Assembly (NCBI GenBank): GCA_013239625.1
Contig: MU054187.1
Location: 2,737,757-2,801,756 of the forward strand
DNA length: 64,000 bases
Reading direction: 5' to 3'
Origin: Lama guanicoe
Taxonomy: Eukaryota
The position numbers and the translations under genes are program-made. This document shows, piece by piece, positions 1 to 12,864 of this stretch; position 1 is the first letter of the stretch, and each line of letters begins with the position of its first letter. The notes beneath the pieces were generated by a model. That model saw only the letters and a list, made by a program, of their open reading frames with translations, was not told where the DNA came from and did no database searches.

Positions 1-2830
1 GGAAAGGCCCCGGAGAGATTTCTGTCTGCACAGTTTTGCCGGACTGTCGTGTATATGGATCTTACAGTGTGAAGTCTTTTGGGTCCGGCTTCTTTCATCT
101 AGAAAAGATTCATTTAAGGTTTATCTCTGCTGTTGTGTGAGTCAGCAGTTCGTCTTTGTGCTGCTGAGTGGCGTTCTGTTGTGTGCACGCACCGCACTTG
201 GTTTACCCAGCCACCTGCGGAAGCACGTCTGGGTTGTTTCCAGTTTGGGGACAGAAACAAAGCGGTTACAACCTTGAGGTTTTTAGGTGAATCCAGGGCG
301 TCAGTTCACTTGGATTAAATACCTCGGAGTGGGATTTCTGGGTCACATGCTAAGCATATATTTAACTCTGCAGGAAACTGTTCAGCTCTTCCAAACTGGC
401 TGTGCCATTTGCATCCTCACTCATGAGACCCCGCAGTGAATGCGGGTTCCAGTCGCTCTCCATCAGCCCCGGTCTGGGCGTGGTCAGCTCTTACGTGTTA
501 GCCATTCTGGGTATGCAGTGGCCTCTCTCTGTGGCTTCAACTTTCTTGATGACTGTTCAGGCAGAGCGTCATTTCACATGCTTATTTGCCATCTGTATAT
601 TTTCTTCGGAGAAGTGCCTTTTCACCTATTTCGCTCATTTTTAAAGGGGGGTTGTTTCTTACTATTGAGCTTTAAGTGTTCTTTATATATTCTATCTAGA
701 TACGAGTCCTTTATGTAAATATTTTTCTCCAAGTCTGTGGCTTGACTTCTCATTCCCTTAACAGTGTCTTTTACAGAGAAAAAGTTTCAAATTTTTTATG
801 AGTCCAATTTATCAAATTTTCTGTTATGGCTCATGCTTTTCGTATCATGTCTAAAACTTATCACCACATCCAAGGTCACACGGGTTTTCTCCTCTCTTTC
901 TTCTAGAACTTTTGAAGGTTTAGAGTTAGAACTAGGTCAGCGGTTTATTCTGAGGTAACTTTTGCGCGTGGCATGAGGCGTGTATCAAGGCTCTTTTCCC
1001 TTTTCCTTTTTTCACATGGGTACTCAGTTGTTTCAGAAACATTTGTTGAAAAGATAAAACTTTCTTCACTGACTCGCCTTTGTACTTGTGCCAGAAATGA
1101 ACTATGTTTGTGTGGATCTATTTCAGGACTCTTTATTCTGTTCCATTGTTAAATGCACATACTCTTTTACCAATATCATACTGTCTGGATAACTGTAGCT
1201 TTAATCATGAAATGTGAAGTCAGGTAGAATGAGTCCTCTAATTCTTTTTTTTTTTGTTCAGAGTTGTTTTGGCTTTCCTTTTTCCTTTGCCTTTCCATAT
1301 AAATTTTAAAATTAACCTGTCTATATTTACAAGAAAGGCTTGATGGAATTTTGATTTGGGTTGCACCAAATCTATTTATCAATTGACAAGATGAATATCT
1401 TTAAATATTGAGCCTTTCAATACATGAGCATAGTAGATCTCTTTATATAAATTTTCTTTGATTTCTTTCATTAGTGTTTGTAATTTTTAACATACAGACT
1501 CTTAGATTTATCTCTAAGTATTTCATTTTCAGTGCTATTGTAAATGGTATTTTTTTTTGGAATTTCAAATTCCAATTGTTTATAGTGTATAGGAAGATAA
1601 TTGACATTTACATATTGGCCAGGTGTCCTGTGACCTTATTAAATTCAACTTTTAGTTCTAAGAGATGTTTTTGTAGATTGTTTGGGATTTTCTTCATAGA
1701 CAGTCATGTCATCTGAGAATAGAGGCAGTTTTATATCTTTCTTTTCTATTTGTCTGCCTTTTCTTTTTCTTATGGAAAGGCTGGAACTTCCCACAGAAGT
1801 TCTAGTGTTTGAACGAGACATTGATCCTGAACAGAGTGAGAGAAGATATCCTGTCTCTGTTCCCATCTTAGGGGGAAAGCACTCAGTTTTTCACCGTTGA
1901 GGTTAGTTGTAGGTTCTATGTAGCTGTGTAAATGCTTTTCATAAGATGAAGGAAGTGCCTCTCTATTTCTAGTTTGTTGAGGGTTTTTATCATGAAGAGA
2001 TGTTGAATTTTGTCAGATGCTAATTTTGGAATCTGTTGAGATATTCATAAGGTTTTTCTTCTTTAGGCTGTTAATATCATGGATTACATTAATTGATTTT
2101 AAAAATGTTGAACCAGCTTTGTATTCCTGGGATGAATCTTGCTTGATTGGCATGTATCATTGTTTTAATTGGAATTTCTGGATTCAATTTTTGCATGCTA
2201 TGTTGAAGAAATTTGCATCTTGGTTTACAAAGAGTATTGTTTTGCAATTTTCTTTTCTTGCAATCTGTTTTTCTGGTTTTAATGTTAGCTTAATTCTGGT
2301 CTCATAAAATGACTTAGAAAGTCTTCCCTGCTCTTTTACTTCCTGGATGAGATTGTGCAGATTTGATATTATTTTTTCCCTACATGATGGCAGAATTCAC
2401 CAAGGAAGTCACCTGTGCTTGGAGTTTTCTGGGTGGGAAGGTTTTCAATTACAGATTCCATTTCTTTAATAAATAGAGGATTATTCAGATTCTCTGTATC
2501 TTTTTTCAGTGAATTTTGGTAGTTTACGTCTTTCACGAAACCGCTCTGTTTTATCTAAGTTGCCAGATCTATGGGTATGCAGTTGTTTATTTTCCTATTA
2601 TGCATTTAGTGTCAGCGAGGTCAAGGGTGACGCCCCCTCTTTCATTCCTGGTATTGTTATTAATGTCTTCTCTCTTTGTTTTCTTGGTCAGACTCACTAG
2701 AAACTCACTTGTCAATTTTACTGACTTTTTCAAAGAATTCAATTTTATTGACTTTGGTTTCATTGGTTTTTTCTGTTTTTAATTTCATTGATTTCTGTTT
2801 TCATCATTATTGTTTTATTTCTTCTGCTTG
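1..2830 (-). mobile_element. Old LINE-1 remnant (ORF2 RT/C-terminal region and 3'UTR, antisense)
   Basis: Minus-strand peptides resemble L1 ORF2: INRFGATQIKIP...KATVIQTV (1176-1382) and IKLPLFSDDMTVYEENPK (RT FADD-like motif, 1645-1866). The + strand is T-rich and the frames are broken. Ends approximate. Confidence 0.85.
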
Positions 2831-3866
2831 CTTTGGCATTATGGGGTTGAGATGCTCCAGGTTTGGAGTTTATACATGGGTGGTGAAGAGGATTGTCAGA
2901 TAAACGCCTCTGTTCGGTCCCTGAGAGGAAGTCACACCAGAGAGAACTTGCCAGATCTTACTTCTGTTTGCTTTTATTTCAAAGTGTCCATAGCAAGAGT
3001 TTTAGGAACGTGTACAATTACTCATTCACACATCACCCTCCTTCCCAGACAGTGAACCTCTGGGCAGGATTCAGTACCCACCGTTTTCAAAACATACCAC
3101 GGTGCGTGTGTGTTTACCGACTACATGATGACATGGTTTTTCTTACATCTGCCCTTTTCAGATTCTGAGTTCTGAGTTCGGTTTGGGAAACACAGTCAGG
3201 TCCCAGGTGACTCTTGCCTCTCATTTTTCTCATTGTAGCTTTCAGCATTCTCTTACCATCCTTAACCTTGACAGACCCTGCAGGTGCACCCTGGCTGATC
3301 CCTATCCTCCAACTCAGACTGAGTCAGGATCAGTTAAACTCACGCCTGATTGTGTGTCTGAAACACCTCTGTGGTCCCAGCTGTTTTGTGCCCTAGACGG
3401 GACTAGAAATCTGAGAAGTGGGGAAGTAGCATCACCTCACACCTGGAGGAGGCAGGATCCAGTGTGGCCATGGCATTGTGACCATCGGTTGGGACCTGAC
3501 CATCGGTCCTGTGGAAGGTGAGGAAGCTGCGTGGCTTGGGTGGCACTGCCTTTCTCTTTACGGATGCTCGTATTAAATTCAGGATTCCTTAAAGATAATT
3601 TCAGAATCATGAGCAAAAGAAAAGGGAATTTTCATTTCAAATGTAGAACTAGGGATGGAAGGAAGTATTTAAAAAATTGTCTCTTTACCTATATAGCTCA
3701 TCAATTTTTTTTTTGGGGCAATTCGTGGAATATGTGATGTTAGGTTTGTTTAATTCACAGTGGTAAACAGAAGGAATAGCGCCTGTCTGATTTACTTTGA
3801 GACATTATGAGGAGAAAGGATTCGCTGCTCAGACCCAGCGAGTGGTGCAAATACCCTCTAAGCTAG

Positions 3867-3950
3867 TATTATTTTTGTTGTTGTTATTGTTATTGTTATT
3901 GTTGTTGTTGTTATTATTATTATTATTATTATTAATTATTATTATTATTA
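3867..3950. repeat. Compound (TTG)n/(TTA)n microsatellite
   Basis: Directly visible; it produces the spurious poly-Leu and poly-Asn ORFs. Confidence 0.95.
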
Positions 3951-3989
3951 GTGGAGAGGCAGATGCGTTAGGACCTACCTGCCGGACTA

Positions 3990-4700
3990 GCCTCCCTCTG
4001 GTTTGCCTGCCGCGCGGGGTGCACTGACGCCTGCGCGCCACGAGGTGGCGCCTTCACAGCGGTTTAGCTCCCGGTGCTTCGTCTCCAGCCCCGCTTCGCA
4101 AAGCGAGGCAAACGCGGCGATGAGGAGGCGCCCGGGCCTTGAGCGGGTTAGAGATTGTTCTGGTCTTTGTCCGCGAGAGCGAACCTGGCCTGGGCCCTAT
4201 CTCGGTTAGCGTCGTTATCAGCATCTCCCACGAGGACTCAGGGGACATGCTCAGCAGGTGCGCGGTGACGCGGGGCCGGGAGGAGCGCGGGAGTCCGTGG
4301 GCGACGCGGGCGGGATTCCGGGGGCCTTCCGCGGGCCGGGGGTGGACGGGGATGGACGCCCACGTGTGCCTTTGACGGGGAGGCACAGAGAGCCGCGGCC
4401 AGGGAGGGCGGGCCCAGGATACGCGTGTCGGGTGGCACAGGCGTCGCGGTGGCTGTGACGAGTGTCATCCAGCACCGCGCGGCCCCGTGCGGGCCGTGGC
4501 CCGCCCTGAACAAGGGCGGGAGCTCCTGCCAGGTGTCCACGAACTTCGTCACGAAGCACGCGGTCTGGCAGAGCAGGGCCGGGCGTCCACCCGCGTTCCG
4601 GCACCGAGCCTTCCTCTTGGGGAGGCCCTGCCTTTGAGTGGCGCTGAACGTCATGGGCTGCTTGGCGACAGCGCGTGGCCCTGAGTGCTTCAAGTGCATC
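3990..4700. promoter_or_regulatory. CpG island with a CTCF motif (CCACGAGGTGGCGC, 4038-4051)
   Basis: Dense CpG and high GC by inspection; close match to the CTCF core consensus. Confidence 0.65.
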
Positions 4701-5144
4701 CTCACATCCGGACAAAGGCGTGGTGCATGTGCTTGGGGCCAGTGCCGTGCACGTGGGAGTACCCATGCCTGGACCAGACTGCCTCCTTCCTCATCTGATG
4801 GAGGGTAACACTGATACCTGACCTACAGGGCTGCCGTGGGGAAGGTCAGAGGTGGAGCGCAGGCAGAGTTCCCGTTGTGTTTCCCGACAGGTGGTACCAA
4901 CGGACTCAGCCCACGGAGGTGAGCACCGGTGTGCGTCTCCTTAATACTTCTTGGAGGAAAATACTGTCACCCCTGTTTTACAGAAGACGAACAGCTGCCT
5001 TTCAGTGGAGCTTAACAGCATCCTGTGGTCATGCATTTCCCATGTGCCAGGGCCCAGGCTTAAAGCCTGGGATTTTCTGACTCTTTGATTTCACCGGGAT
5101 GCTCATCCGTCCCAGCACACTGCTGGCTCCTGGCTGGACTAGTC

Positions 5145-5370
5145 TGGTAGCTTTTAAATTCAACTGTGGTCATAACCTAGTGCACGCATGCACACACACA
5201 CACAGACACATCTATAATGTGATACAGAAGTTTCATGAAATAACACTTCCCCTCCCTAAATGCAATGCACTCTGGTATTTTCCACTCCATTTGGCTTCAG
5301 CTTTAAAGGAAAATGCTGGTGGTGGCCTGATGAATTGATTTCATGGCCCAGCATGGGCTGTAACCCACCA
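5145..5370. mobile_element. Probable old non-autonomous hAT-Charlie/MER-type DNA transposon fragment
   Basis: The stretch 'agaagtttcatgaaataacacttcccctccctaaatgcaatgcactctggtattttc...gaattgatttcatggccca' resembles MER-type consensus as I remember it. Family not resolved. Confidence 0.4.
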
Positions 5371-6159
5371 GGGACACCCTAACAGCAATTTCTAGGCGCT
5401 CTTCAGTTCTAATTTTGTCTGATTCTCCTAAAACAAGAATACAAACAAAAATCTTCAAACCTGATTCCCTTGGTTTTTATTTCTTTGAGTTTATTAAAAA
5501 ATTTTTTTTTACTGCCTTTCAAGTTTGGGTCTTTGTTCAAATGTATAGTGAATCCTTAGTGACTAATCATATTTTTAAAACACTTTGTATACAACTTTTG
5601 AATGTTACATTCTGCCTACAGTTATTTCAAAATATTGGCTCTGTTCCCCATGTGGTACGTATATCCCCGTAGCCTGTCCCACACCCGGTAGTTTGTACCT
5701 CGCACTCCCCCACCCAGAACAGAAGACCTGGACTCGGGAGCAGTTCGAGTGGACGAGGAGTAAGGATTTTAGCTGAAGTCAACACGTGGAAACATTGCAA
5801 TGTGGAGGTGGCAGGCTTGCCTGCAAGGCCCCCTCCAGGATCCTGTGTTCCCTCTGGGGTGCCAGGTGTTAAGTCAGCCACCTGAGCATGTTTGGAGAAG
5901 GACGGTCGCTAAACTGATGGGGAAGGGCCTGACAGTGTTTAAGGAGCCAGGGATGTTTAATCTGATTTTGAAGGAAAAGAGTCTAAACAGTTGAAAAAAT
6001 TTCAGGCCAGTGTGACAATAGGTCCCTAAGGCAGCAGAAGCCTCCTGTGGGACTGGGTAAGTCTTGAGCCGTCTGATGCATTATCTCACAGAAAGCTTAT
6101 TTTTATTGGGTTTTTAGAGTTTGGTGTCTGCAGTGAGACTCATGCGAAGTGATTGTTAG

Positions 6160-6830
6160 CGCACTTCCGTCCTGTGAGCGCAGGCGGGAAGCCGCCCCTC
6201 CCAGGCTGAGTGAGTGGAGGAGCTCCCCCGCTTGCCCCCGGCCAGCCGTTCCTGAGCTTCAAAGGGCTTTCTAAGGGCGGAGGCCGGCTCCGGCCCAGGC
6301 CGGGCCTTGAGCGCAGACGTTCCTCCGCCTGGAGCCTGGCCGCCCGGCGGCGGGAAAGCCCCCGTTCCTGGTGCCCTGGGCGGCTGGGAAGCGCCGGCCC
6401 GGCTGTTTCCCTCCGACCCGGGATGCAGCGGGAGGCGGCGCAGAGCGCGTTCTCCGCGGGAGTCAGGAAGGGAGGGGGCGAGGGGCGGAGCGCGCCCTGC
6501 CCGGGTTCTCCGCCCCCGGGGGCGCCTGGCGCTGGAAGTCCCCCTGCAAGGTGGTCCAACAACACAGAAGTCGCCGAGTGGGGCATCACATAGGTACCTT
6601 ATTACATTCAGGAAGGAAAGGGGAGAGAGGAGTCAAGAATGACTCAAAGGCCATGTGGTTGGGGAATCTCAGCGCAAAACTGGGCCACCAAAGAGCAGTG
6701 GAAAGACTGAGGTGGTGTAAATCGAGGGCAGAGAGGCCGGGACTCCCGGTGGGGCTACGCCGGCTGCCTGGAGTCGAGCGGTGTGCGTGAAAGGCTACGC
6801 GAAAGTCCGTGTGCGTGAAAGTTTGCGGGT
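6160..6830. promoter_or_regulatory. CpG island / GC-rich element
   Basis: High GC and CpG, GC boxes, ETS-like CACTTCCG near 6162. No recognisable protein in the overlapping ORFs. Confidence 0.55.
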
Positions 6831-7289
6831 GAAACCTGAACTGGTGAAGAGGTATTGAAGTACGTTGCTCCTGCCGCTCAGCTGTTTGCCATCAGTGTGG
6901 AATCCTGACCCTTGTGGTCACAGTGGAAAGTGGAGTGGGGCTCAAGGACACGGGAGCTGGGCTGTTGTCCGAGATGACACGTTCATTCATTCATTATCTG
7001 CTGGCATCCCGGAGTGAGTTCCACGCTTAGACTATAATTAACACACCCCTTTTAGGCGGTTCTTTCAGTAGACTTAGAATGAACAGGTTAATGAGGTGCT
7101 GTCTGAAAATGCCTGTCTGTATTTTATGCTGATCTTTCAGGTGGGTAGAGTCTGGTGGCTCCCCGGTCATTTGGGACATTGCGTTGTTCGAGTTCATAGG
7201 AAGGGAGGGGGCGCTGAAGCAGAGGAAGCTGTGCACGAGTGGGATCCGGGGACATGAACTGGTGATGTGACCGTGATGAAAGCATCAGT

Positions 7290-7470
7290 TAACCTTTATC
7301 GGTGTTCCCTCTGCCCTGAGCAGTATTCTCAGCACTGTATACAATAATTGTATTTGATTTTAACAACCCACGTAAATGATTACTATCGGCGCCCTCCTGT
7401 ACAATTAAAGGAACTAAACCACAGAGAAGCTATGGATTTGCCCAAGGTTGCAGAGCTGGGATGGCCTGAC
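7290..7470 (-). mobile_element. MIR SINE fragment
   Basis: Core-like 'aaggaactaaaccacagagaagctatggatttgcccaaggttgcagagct'. Confidence 0.55.
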
Positions 7471-8509
7471 CACTGAGCCACACCATGAACACTTCCCAGT
7501 GAGGCACTGCCCTTGCCTGGCTTGATAAACTGGCAGAAGACGAGGAGACACAAAACTTAGAGCCATGAGAAAGGGAGGAGAAGCAATGGCACCTTCAAAT
7601 TCTGCAGAGAGGCCCTTGGGAGAGAGTTCAGGTTTTACAGTTTTCACCCCAAATTCCAATTTATAGGAAAAAAAATCAATCAACCAGAATCTCACTGCTC
7701 CAGCACATCAGCTATCCATCGTGTTTTGTTTCTGGACAGGTGCCCACCAAGTATTTGAGTGGAGCCTCTGGCTGAGCCGGAATGGCCAGCCATGGAAGCT
7801 GGGCTCCCCCCAAGACAGCAGAGCATCTTCAGAAGGTGGTGAAGGTGTAGGAGCTCATCCAGGCTGAGGGCTCCTGTGCCAGAGAGAGATGGCCTAGGGT
7901 TGGGGGCTCACCTGCTCACTCCCCATCACTGGCAGCTGTCCAAGGTCCCAAATGACGGAGTGGGGAAGAGACATTATGGATTTAACTAGCTGGAAAAGAG
8001 TCTCTCCTTCAGCTCAGGTTAAATTAGTCCAGAAGGGAGGTTTTTTTTTTTTTAAATTGTGGTGAAATACATATAGCATAAAATATACCATCCTAAGCAT
8101 TTTTCAGTGTCCAGCGTGGTGGCGTGAAGTGCACGTGTGCCACCATCACCACTGTCCACCGCCAGGACTCCTCTCATCTCACAGAACTGAAACTTCTGTC
8201 CAAAGGTGCCTTCGGTGTCACTATCTCTTAAACATATTTTTAAAAAGCAAACTCTGCTTTCTAGTTGCTTACAAATTTCTAGCAAAATATAAGAGGGTAG
8301 TAACAGGAAACAGACCAACTGTCAGAGGTATGGTTGTCGTCTTCGGAAAGAATGGTTTGTTAAGGTCTGTTTCAAGCCTGCCCACCTGCAGATGGAGCGT
8401 GACCTCCAACAGGTCTCAAGGACACGTCCACTAAGAGCCATTCAAAGCCAACCGCGGGCTGGTGGGTGAAGGTAGTGCGAAGGCAGCACTTCCCATGACA
8501 AGAACCGGG

Positions 8510-9150
8510 ATGTGACAGATTGTCTGGTCTCTGTCCTGGGTTTCTCACTGACAGGGTGCCTTTCTTATGCTGATGAGGTGACTCTTTGGGCTCCTGGATG
8601 GCGCCCGGTTGAGGGCTGGTCACCAGGGAGACTTACCACTCGATTAGAGGGCTGGGACTTTCAGCTTCCTGACCTTTCGAGGGCAGGATGGGGCTGCAGA
8701 TTGAGTTCAGTCCCAAGGCCAGTAACTTGAGCAATCTTGCTGATGTAAGGAAACTCCAGTAAATACCCTGGACTCTGAGCTCACAGAGTTTAGGGAGGGG
8801 GAGGTCCCGACCCACAGGCCGAGGGCAGGGATGCCGTGTGCCCCCCTCACGCCTCGCCTGGCATGGCTCTTCATTTGGCTGGTCCTCCTGACTTGTATCC
8901 TTTTATAATCAAACTGTTGCTGTAAATACAGAGCTTCCCTAAGTTCTGTGAGTTTTTCTAGCAAAGGCTGAACCTGAGGAAATCATAGGAACCCCTGAAT
9001 TTATCACGTTGTTCAGAGGTGACCTAGGACCCCTGAAAGTGCAGCTGGCACCTGCTGTGAAGGCAGTCTTGCTGGGTGCCGTTCTGTCTGACCTGGGGGG
9101 CTGTGCTAACTCTGGGTGGTTAGTGCCAGAACTGAACGGCAGGACGGTGC
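8510..9150 (+). mobile_element. Solo LTR, MER21-like
   Basis: Hallmarks 'ctcttcatttggctggtcct...ttgtatccttttataatcaaactg' and 'agttctgtgagtttttctagcaaa...gaacctgagg...ggaacccctgaatttat' resemble MER21. Confidence 0.6.
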
Positions 9151-9264
9151 AGGCTAAGGGCTCTTGCATTGCTACACATCTTGCCATCAAGACATTAGCT
9201 GCTGTTTGTTCTGGTTCTTTTTAAGGATGTTAGTAAAATTAACAGATTAGCAGACGTAAAATTA

Positions 9265-9660
9265 ACCACAACAGTGGCACCAAAATGGGTCTCCCTGGGC
9301 TAAAGTCAAGGTGTCCCTGCACTGCAGGCCTTCCCGAGGCTCCAGGGGGAGTCAGTTCCTCGCCTGTTCTAGCTTCGAGGGGCTGCCTGTGTTCCTTGAG
9401 CTGCGGCCCCTTCCTCCATCTTCAGAGCACAGCATCTCCAGTGTCTCTGACTCTGACTCCCCACCTCCGTCTTACAAGGACCCTTGTGATTACATCGAGC
9501 CAACCTGGATGACCTGGAATAATCTTCCTGTCTTGAGATTCTTGGCTTAATCACACTGGCCAAGTCCCCTTTGTCTATAACGTGACATATTCACAAGGGC
9601 CAGGTATTTGCGCATGGGCAACTTTGGCCGGGGACGGGGGAGGCGTTTTTCTGTCCCCCA
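9265..9660 (-). mobile_element. MaLR LTR (MLT1-type)
   Basis: Segments 'aaagtcaaggtgtc', 'cttacaaggacccttgtgattacatcgagcca' and 'taatcacactggccaagtcccctttg...gtgacatattcaca' are typical MLT1 antisense. Confidence 0.75.
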
Positions 9661-9927
9661 GTCAAGAAACTACTGCAGTACACACTGCAGTGAGTAACTC
9701 CTGCTGAATGAATGCTCTGTCAGTGTGGTCACTTACTTGGTTTCTTTAAATCCAGTTTCATTGCCTTCATACCCAACAGCATTAACAGAACTGTAATTGT
9801 GAAATAAATGTCATGTTGCTCCTCTGTGTAAAATTCTTCAGTGGTCTGTCACAGGCTGTAGTACAAATCCAAACTCCCACCCAGGATGGCCCTGCCCGCC
9901 TTGCCAGCAGCTTCTGCCACTGATTCA

Positions 9928-10080
9928 CTATATATGTTACACACGGATAACTGACATTATATGTAACATAAATATAATATATTATAAAATATAATGTGTT
10001 ATAAAGTATAATAAAATATATTATATATAAAATATGATTATATAAAAATATATTATAAATATATATAATATAAAAATACT
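9928..10080. repeat. AT-rich low-complexity (TA/TAA/ATAT) tract
   Basis: Directly visible. Confidence 0.85.
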
Positions 10081-10809
10081 ACTGGTAATTGACCACTTTT
10101 GATTTATAAAAATAGCTGTTTTATACGGTGCAACCTAGTATCACCATTAACCACACTGATGTGCTGTCTCAGTATAACATGATTGTCTCAATGCACCAAA
10201 CTCCTCCACTTCCCTGTTCTTCTGGTGCCCTTCTCCCTCCTGTGTGTAAACAGACCCCAAGCACACGGTTGCACACATTATGAAGTTCCTAATTTGATGA
10301 GATGGTGCGTGTGTTTTACACGAGCTGCCGTTTCTGCAGCTGTCTCCCTCTCAGTGGTGTAACTTTGCATCCGATGGCTGCTTTGCTGGGAGACTTCAAT
10401 TATAATAAGAATCAGAAAAAAAAATCTTCACAGAGAGGAATTATTAATTTAAAAACTGAAGTTTAGAGAAATTCATTGTCTAATTCCTTCACCGAAGAAG
10501 ACAAATTCCTGGTCCAAATATGTGATTTCTTTAATAAGATGTAAAATACATAATAAATGAATAGATAAATGCATAAATTATGTCAGTACCTAACACTCAT
10601 TGAAAACATCTTCAGATCATCTGTGGAAGAGGTCAGAGATAGTGTTTCCTTCTATAATTTGTGGGACATTTTGGACAAAGTAAAGATGAAGTCGTTTGCA
10701 GCACCTCCATATCAAAGGAAAAACCGGCCACTTGGAGATTACATTCTTCTAAGTGAATTAGTAATACTGCTGCTCACAGCGCCAAGTGCTCTCATGGACT
10801 GAAACAGGG

Positions 10810-11300
10810 CGACCTGCCGCGCAGGGACCGGCAGGTGCGCCGGCCTTCCCCGGGGTGAGCCCCGAGGCTCTGGGCGCTGGCACAGAGCGCGGCCCTGAGG
10901 GCAGGAGTTGGGGGCGCCGCGTCGCGGCGGAGCGGCAGCGGGGGTGCGGGCCGTCCGGGCCGGCACTGGGCAGGGAGGGGCCGGGAGGCCCTGCCGCGTC
11001 TGAACCCGTGTCACCTGGGAAGCGACTTGAGAATGGGCTCCCGCCCTGGAAGAATGGAGGCCCCGGGTGGCCCGGGACCGCCCCGCCTGCTCCCGCTCCG
11101 CTCCGGCCCGGCGCGGCCCCTGGCGCAGAGGCGGCGGGAGGCCACGCCGACGAGAGGAGGGGGCCGGCCCGGCACAGGCCCCCCGCCCGCCGGCCCGGCC
11201 CGGCCCGGCCCGGACGCTCCCGAGGAGTCGGACGCCGGCGGCGGGGAGGGGCCTCCGGCGGGAGCGGGACTTGCCCTGGGCGCTGCTTTTCCACGGCGCC
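10810..11300. promoter_or_regulatory. CpG island / very GC-rich element with (CCCGG)n runs
   Basis: Dense CpG and GC boxes; the ORFs here are low-complexity Pro/Gly/Arg shadows. Confidence 0.65.
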
Positions 11301-11504
11301 GCCCTGCCCCCTGCTGCTCAACTCAGCGGAAAACCACTCAGTGCTTCTTTAACAGGCGCAGGTTCTTCTGGACCACACTTCTCGCTCTCCAGAACATTCT
11401 CAGTCACGTTCGAAGGAGCTTTGTTTCTTGTGTGTTCCACCTCGCAAAAGTGCTGTTTTCTATATCAAGGGAAAACCAAATTGTGCCTTTGCTCTGAGCT
11501 ATAA

Positions 11505-12506
11505 AGCAAATATGAGACTACAGCTCAATCACAGAAACCCTCCACTCCCAGATAACCTGGTTATAAAACGGGCAGAGGACTTGAGCAGACATTTCTCAGA
11601 GGAAAACCCCCGGAAGCCCGCTGGGGCTGGAAGAGACGCGCAGCACCATGAAGCATCAGGGACCGCAGGGCAGAACTCCAGCAGGTGTCACCTCACGCCA
11701 GGATGGCTGTCATAAAAAACAAGTGCAGGTGAGGTGGTGGGGAAATCACAGCCCTTGCACAGGGCTGGTGTGCATGTGAGATGGTGTGGCTGCCATGGAA
11801 AATAATACGGAGGTTCCTCAAAAGGTTGAAACTAGAACCGCCCAGATGATCCCGCAGCCCCACTTCTGGGTATTTATCCGAAAGAACCGCAGTCGGGATT
11901 TCGGAGATGCCTGCCCCCTCACGTTCATAGCAGCGTTACGTGGCAACGTCCCAGGTGTCCGTCCGCTGTCGGATGGAGGTGTGAGGACAGTGGATGCACA
12001 CACAGTGAGGTATTGTTCAGCCTTAAGAAAGAAGGAACTCCTGCCATTTGCAGCAGCATGGATGGCCCTGGAGGACATTGTGCTAAGTCAAACAGGCCAG
12101 ACACAGAAGGTTGAACAATGCATGATTCCACTCACGTGAGGTGTCTAAAATTGTCCAGCTCATACGAGCAGAGAACGCGCGGTGGTGGCCAGGGGGCGGG
12201 GCGTGGCCCCCGGGTGGCTACGGCTCGGCCCTCCGCCCGCAGCCCAGTGCCTGCGGTGGCCCTGCGCTGTGCACTTCACAATCTGTTAGGAGGGCGGGTG
12301 TCACGTTAAGTATTGTTACCACGCACGAGAAACAACAAAAACAAGAACAAAGGGTCACAAGGACGCTCTGGGACGTGACGCATCCGTCTGTCCCCCCGAC
12401 TGTGGTGATGGCATCACGGGTGCTTTGTCCAGACTCACCAGATTGTGCCCCTGAAATACACGCAGTTCGTGTGTGTCACTAACACCTCAGTGAAGCTGTG
12501 AGAAAA
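11505..12506 (+). mobile_element. LINE-1 3' fragment (ORF2 C-terminus plus 3'UTR; L1MA/MB-like)
   Basis: 'gggcagaggacttgagcagacatttctcagagg', 'gaaggaactcctgccatttgcagcagcatggatggccctggaggacattgtgctaagt' and a 3' end 'acacctcagtgaagctg'. Confidence 0.85.
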
Positions 12507-12721
12507 CCGCACAACAATACGAGACCTTCAGTCAGGGGTTCTGGGGCCCGAAAGGAAGGCAGTGATGATGACAAGTGACGCAGCTCCCTCCAGGGCCCCC
12601 ACCTCCCTGGCTCGTGCCTGGCTCGGAGCCTCTCCCTGCCCGGCGTGCGTTGGCGCTTGCACAGTGTTGAGAGAGTAAGTGGAAAGTGGAGACAACACTT
12701 GCATATTAATAGCCTACTGCA

Positions 12722-12864
12722 GGGGGAGGATTTAGCTTAAGCGGTGGAGCACATGCTTAGCAAGCACGAGGCCCTGGGTTCAATCCCCGGTACCTCCTGT
12801 AAAAATAAATACATAAACCTAATTACCTCCCCCACCCAAAAATACATAGATTAAAAAAAAAAAA
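12722..12864 (+). mobile_element. tRNA-Ala-derived SINE (camelid Vic-1-like)
   Basis: tRNA-Ala(AGC)-like head with A/B boxes (tagcttaagcggtggagc...gggttcaatcccc), then 'aaataaatacataaacctaattacctccccc' and a poly-A tail. Confidence 0.85.

Noticed and set aside
3797..4041. Poly-Leu and poly-Asn ORFs
   Set aside because: Translations of a microsatellite.
4054..4766. ORFs over CpG islands (also 6140-6790, 10739-11504, 55652-56442)
   Set aside because: Stop-poor GC-rich DNA giving Pro/Gly/Arg/Ala-rich peptides, with no domain or splice structure recognised.
12722..12797. Possible tRNA-Ala genes (also 27441 and 28550)
   Set aside because: Degenerate stems, SINE-specific tails, poly-A and TSD-like flanks indicate SINEs.
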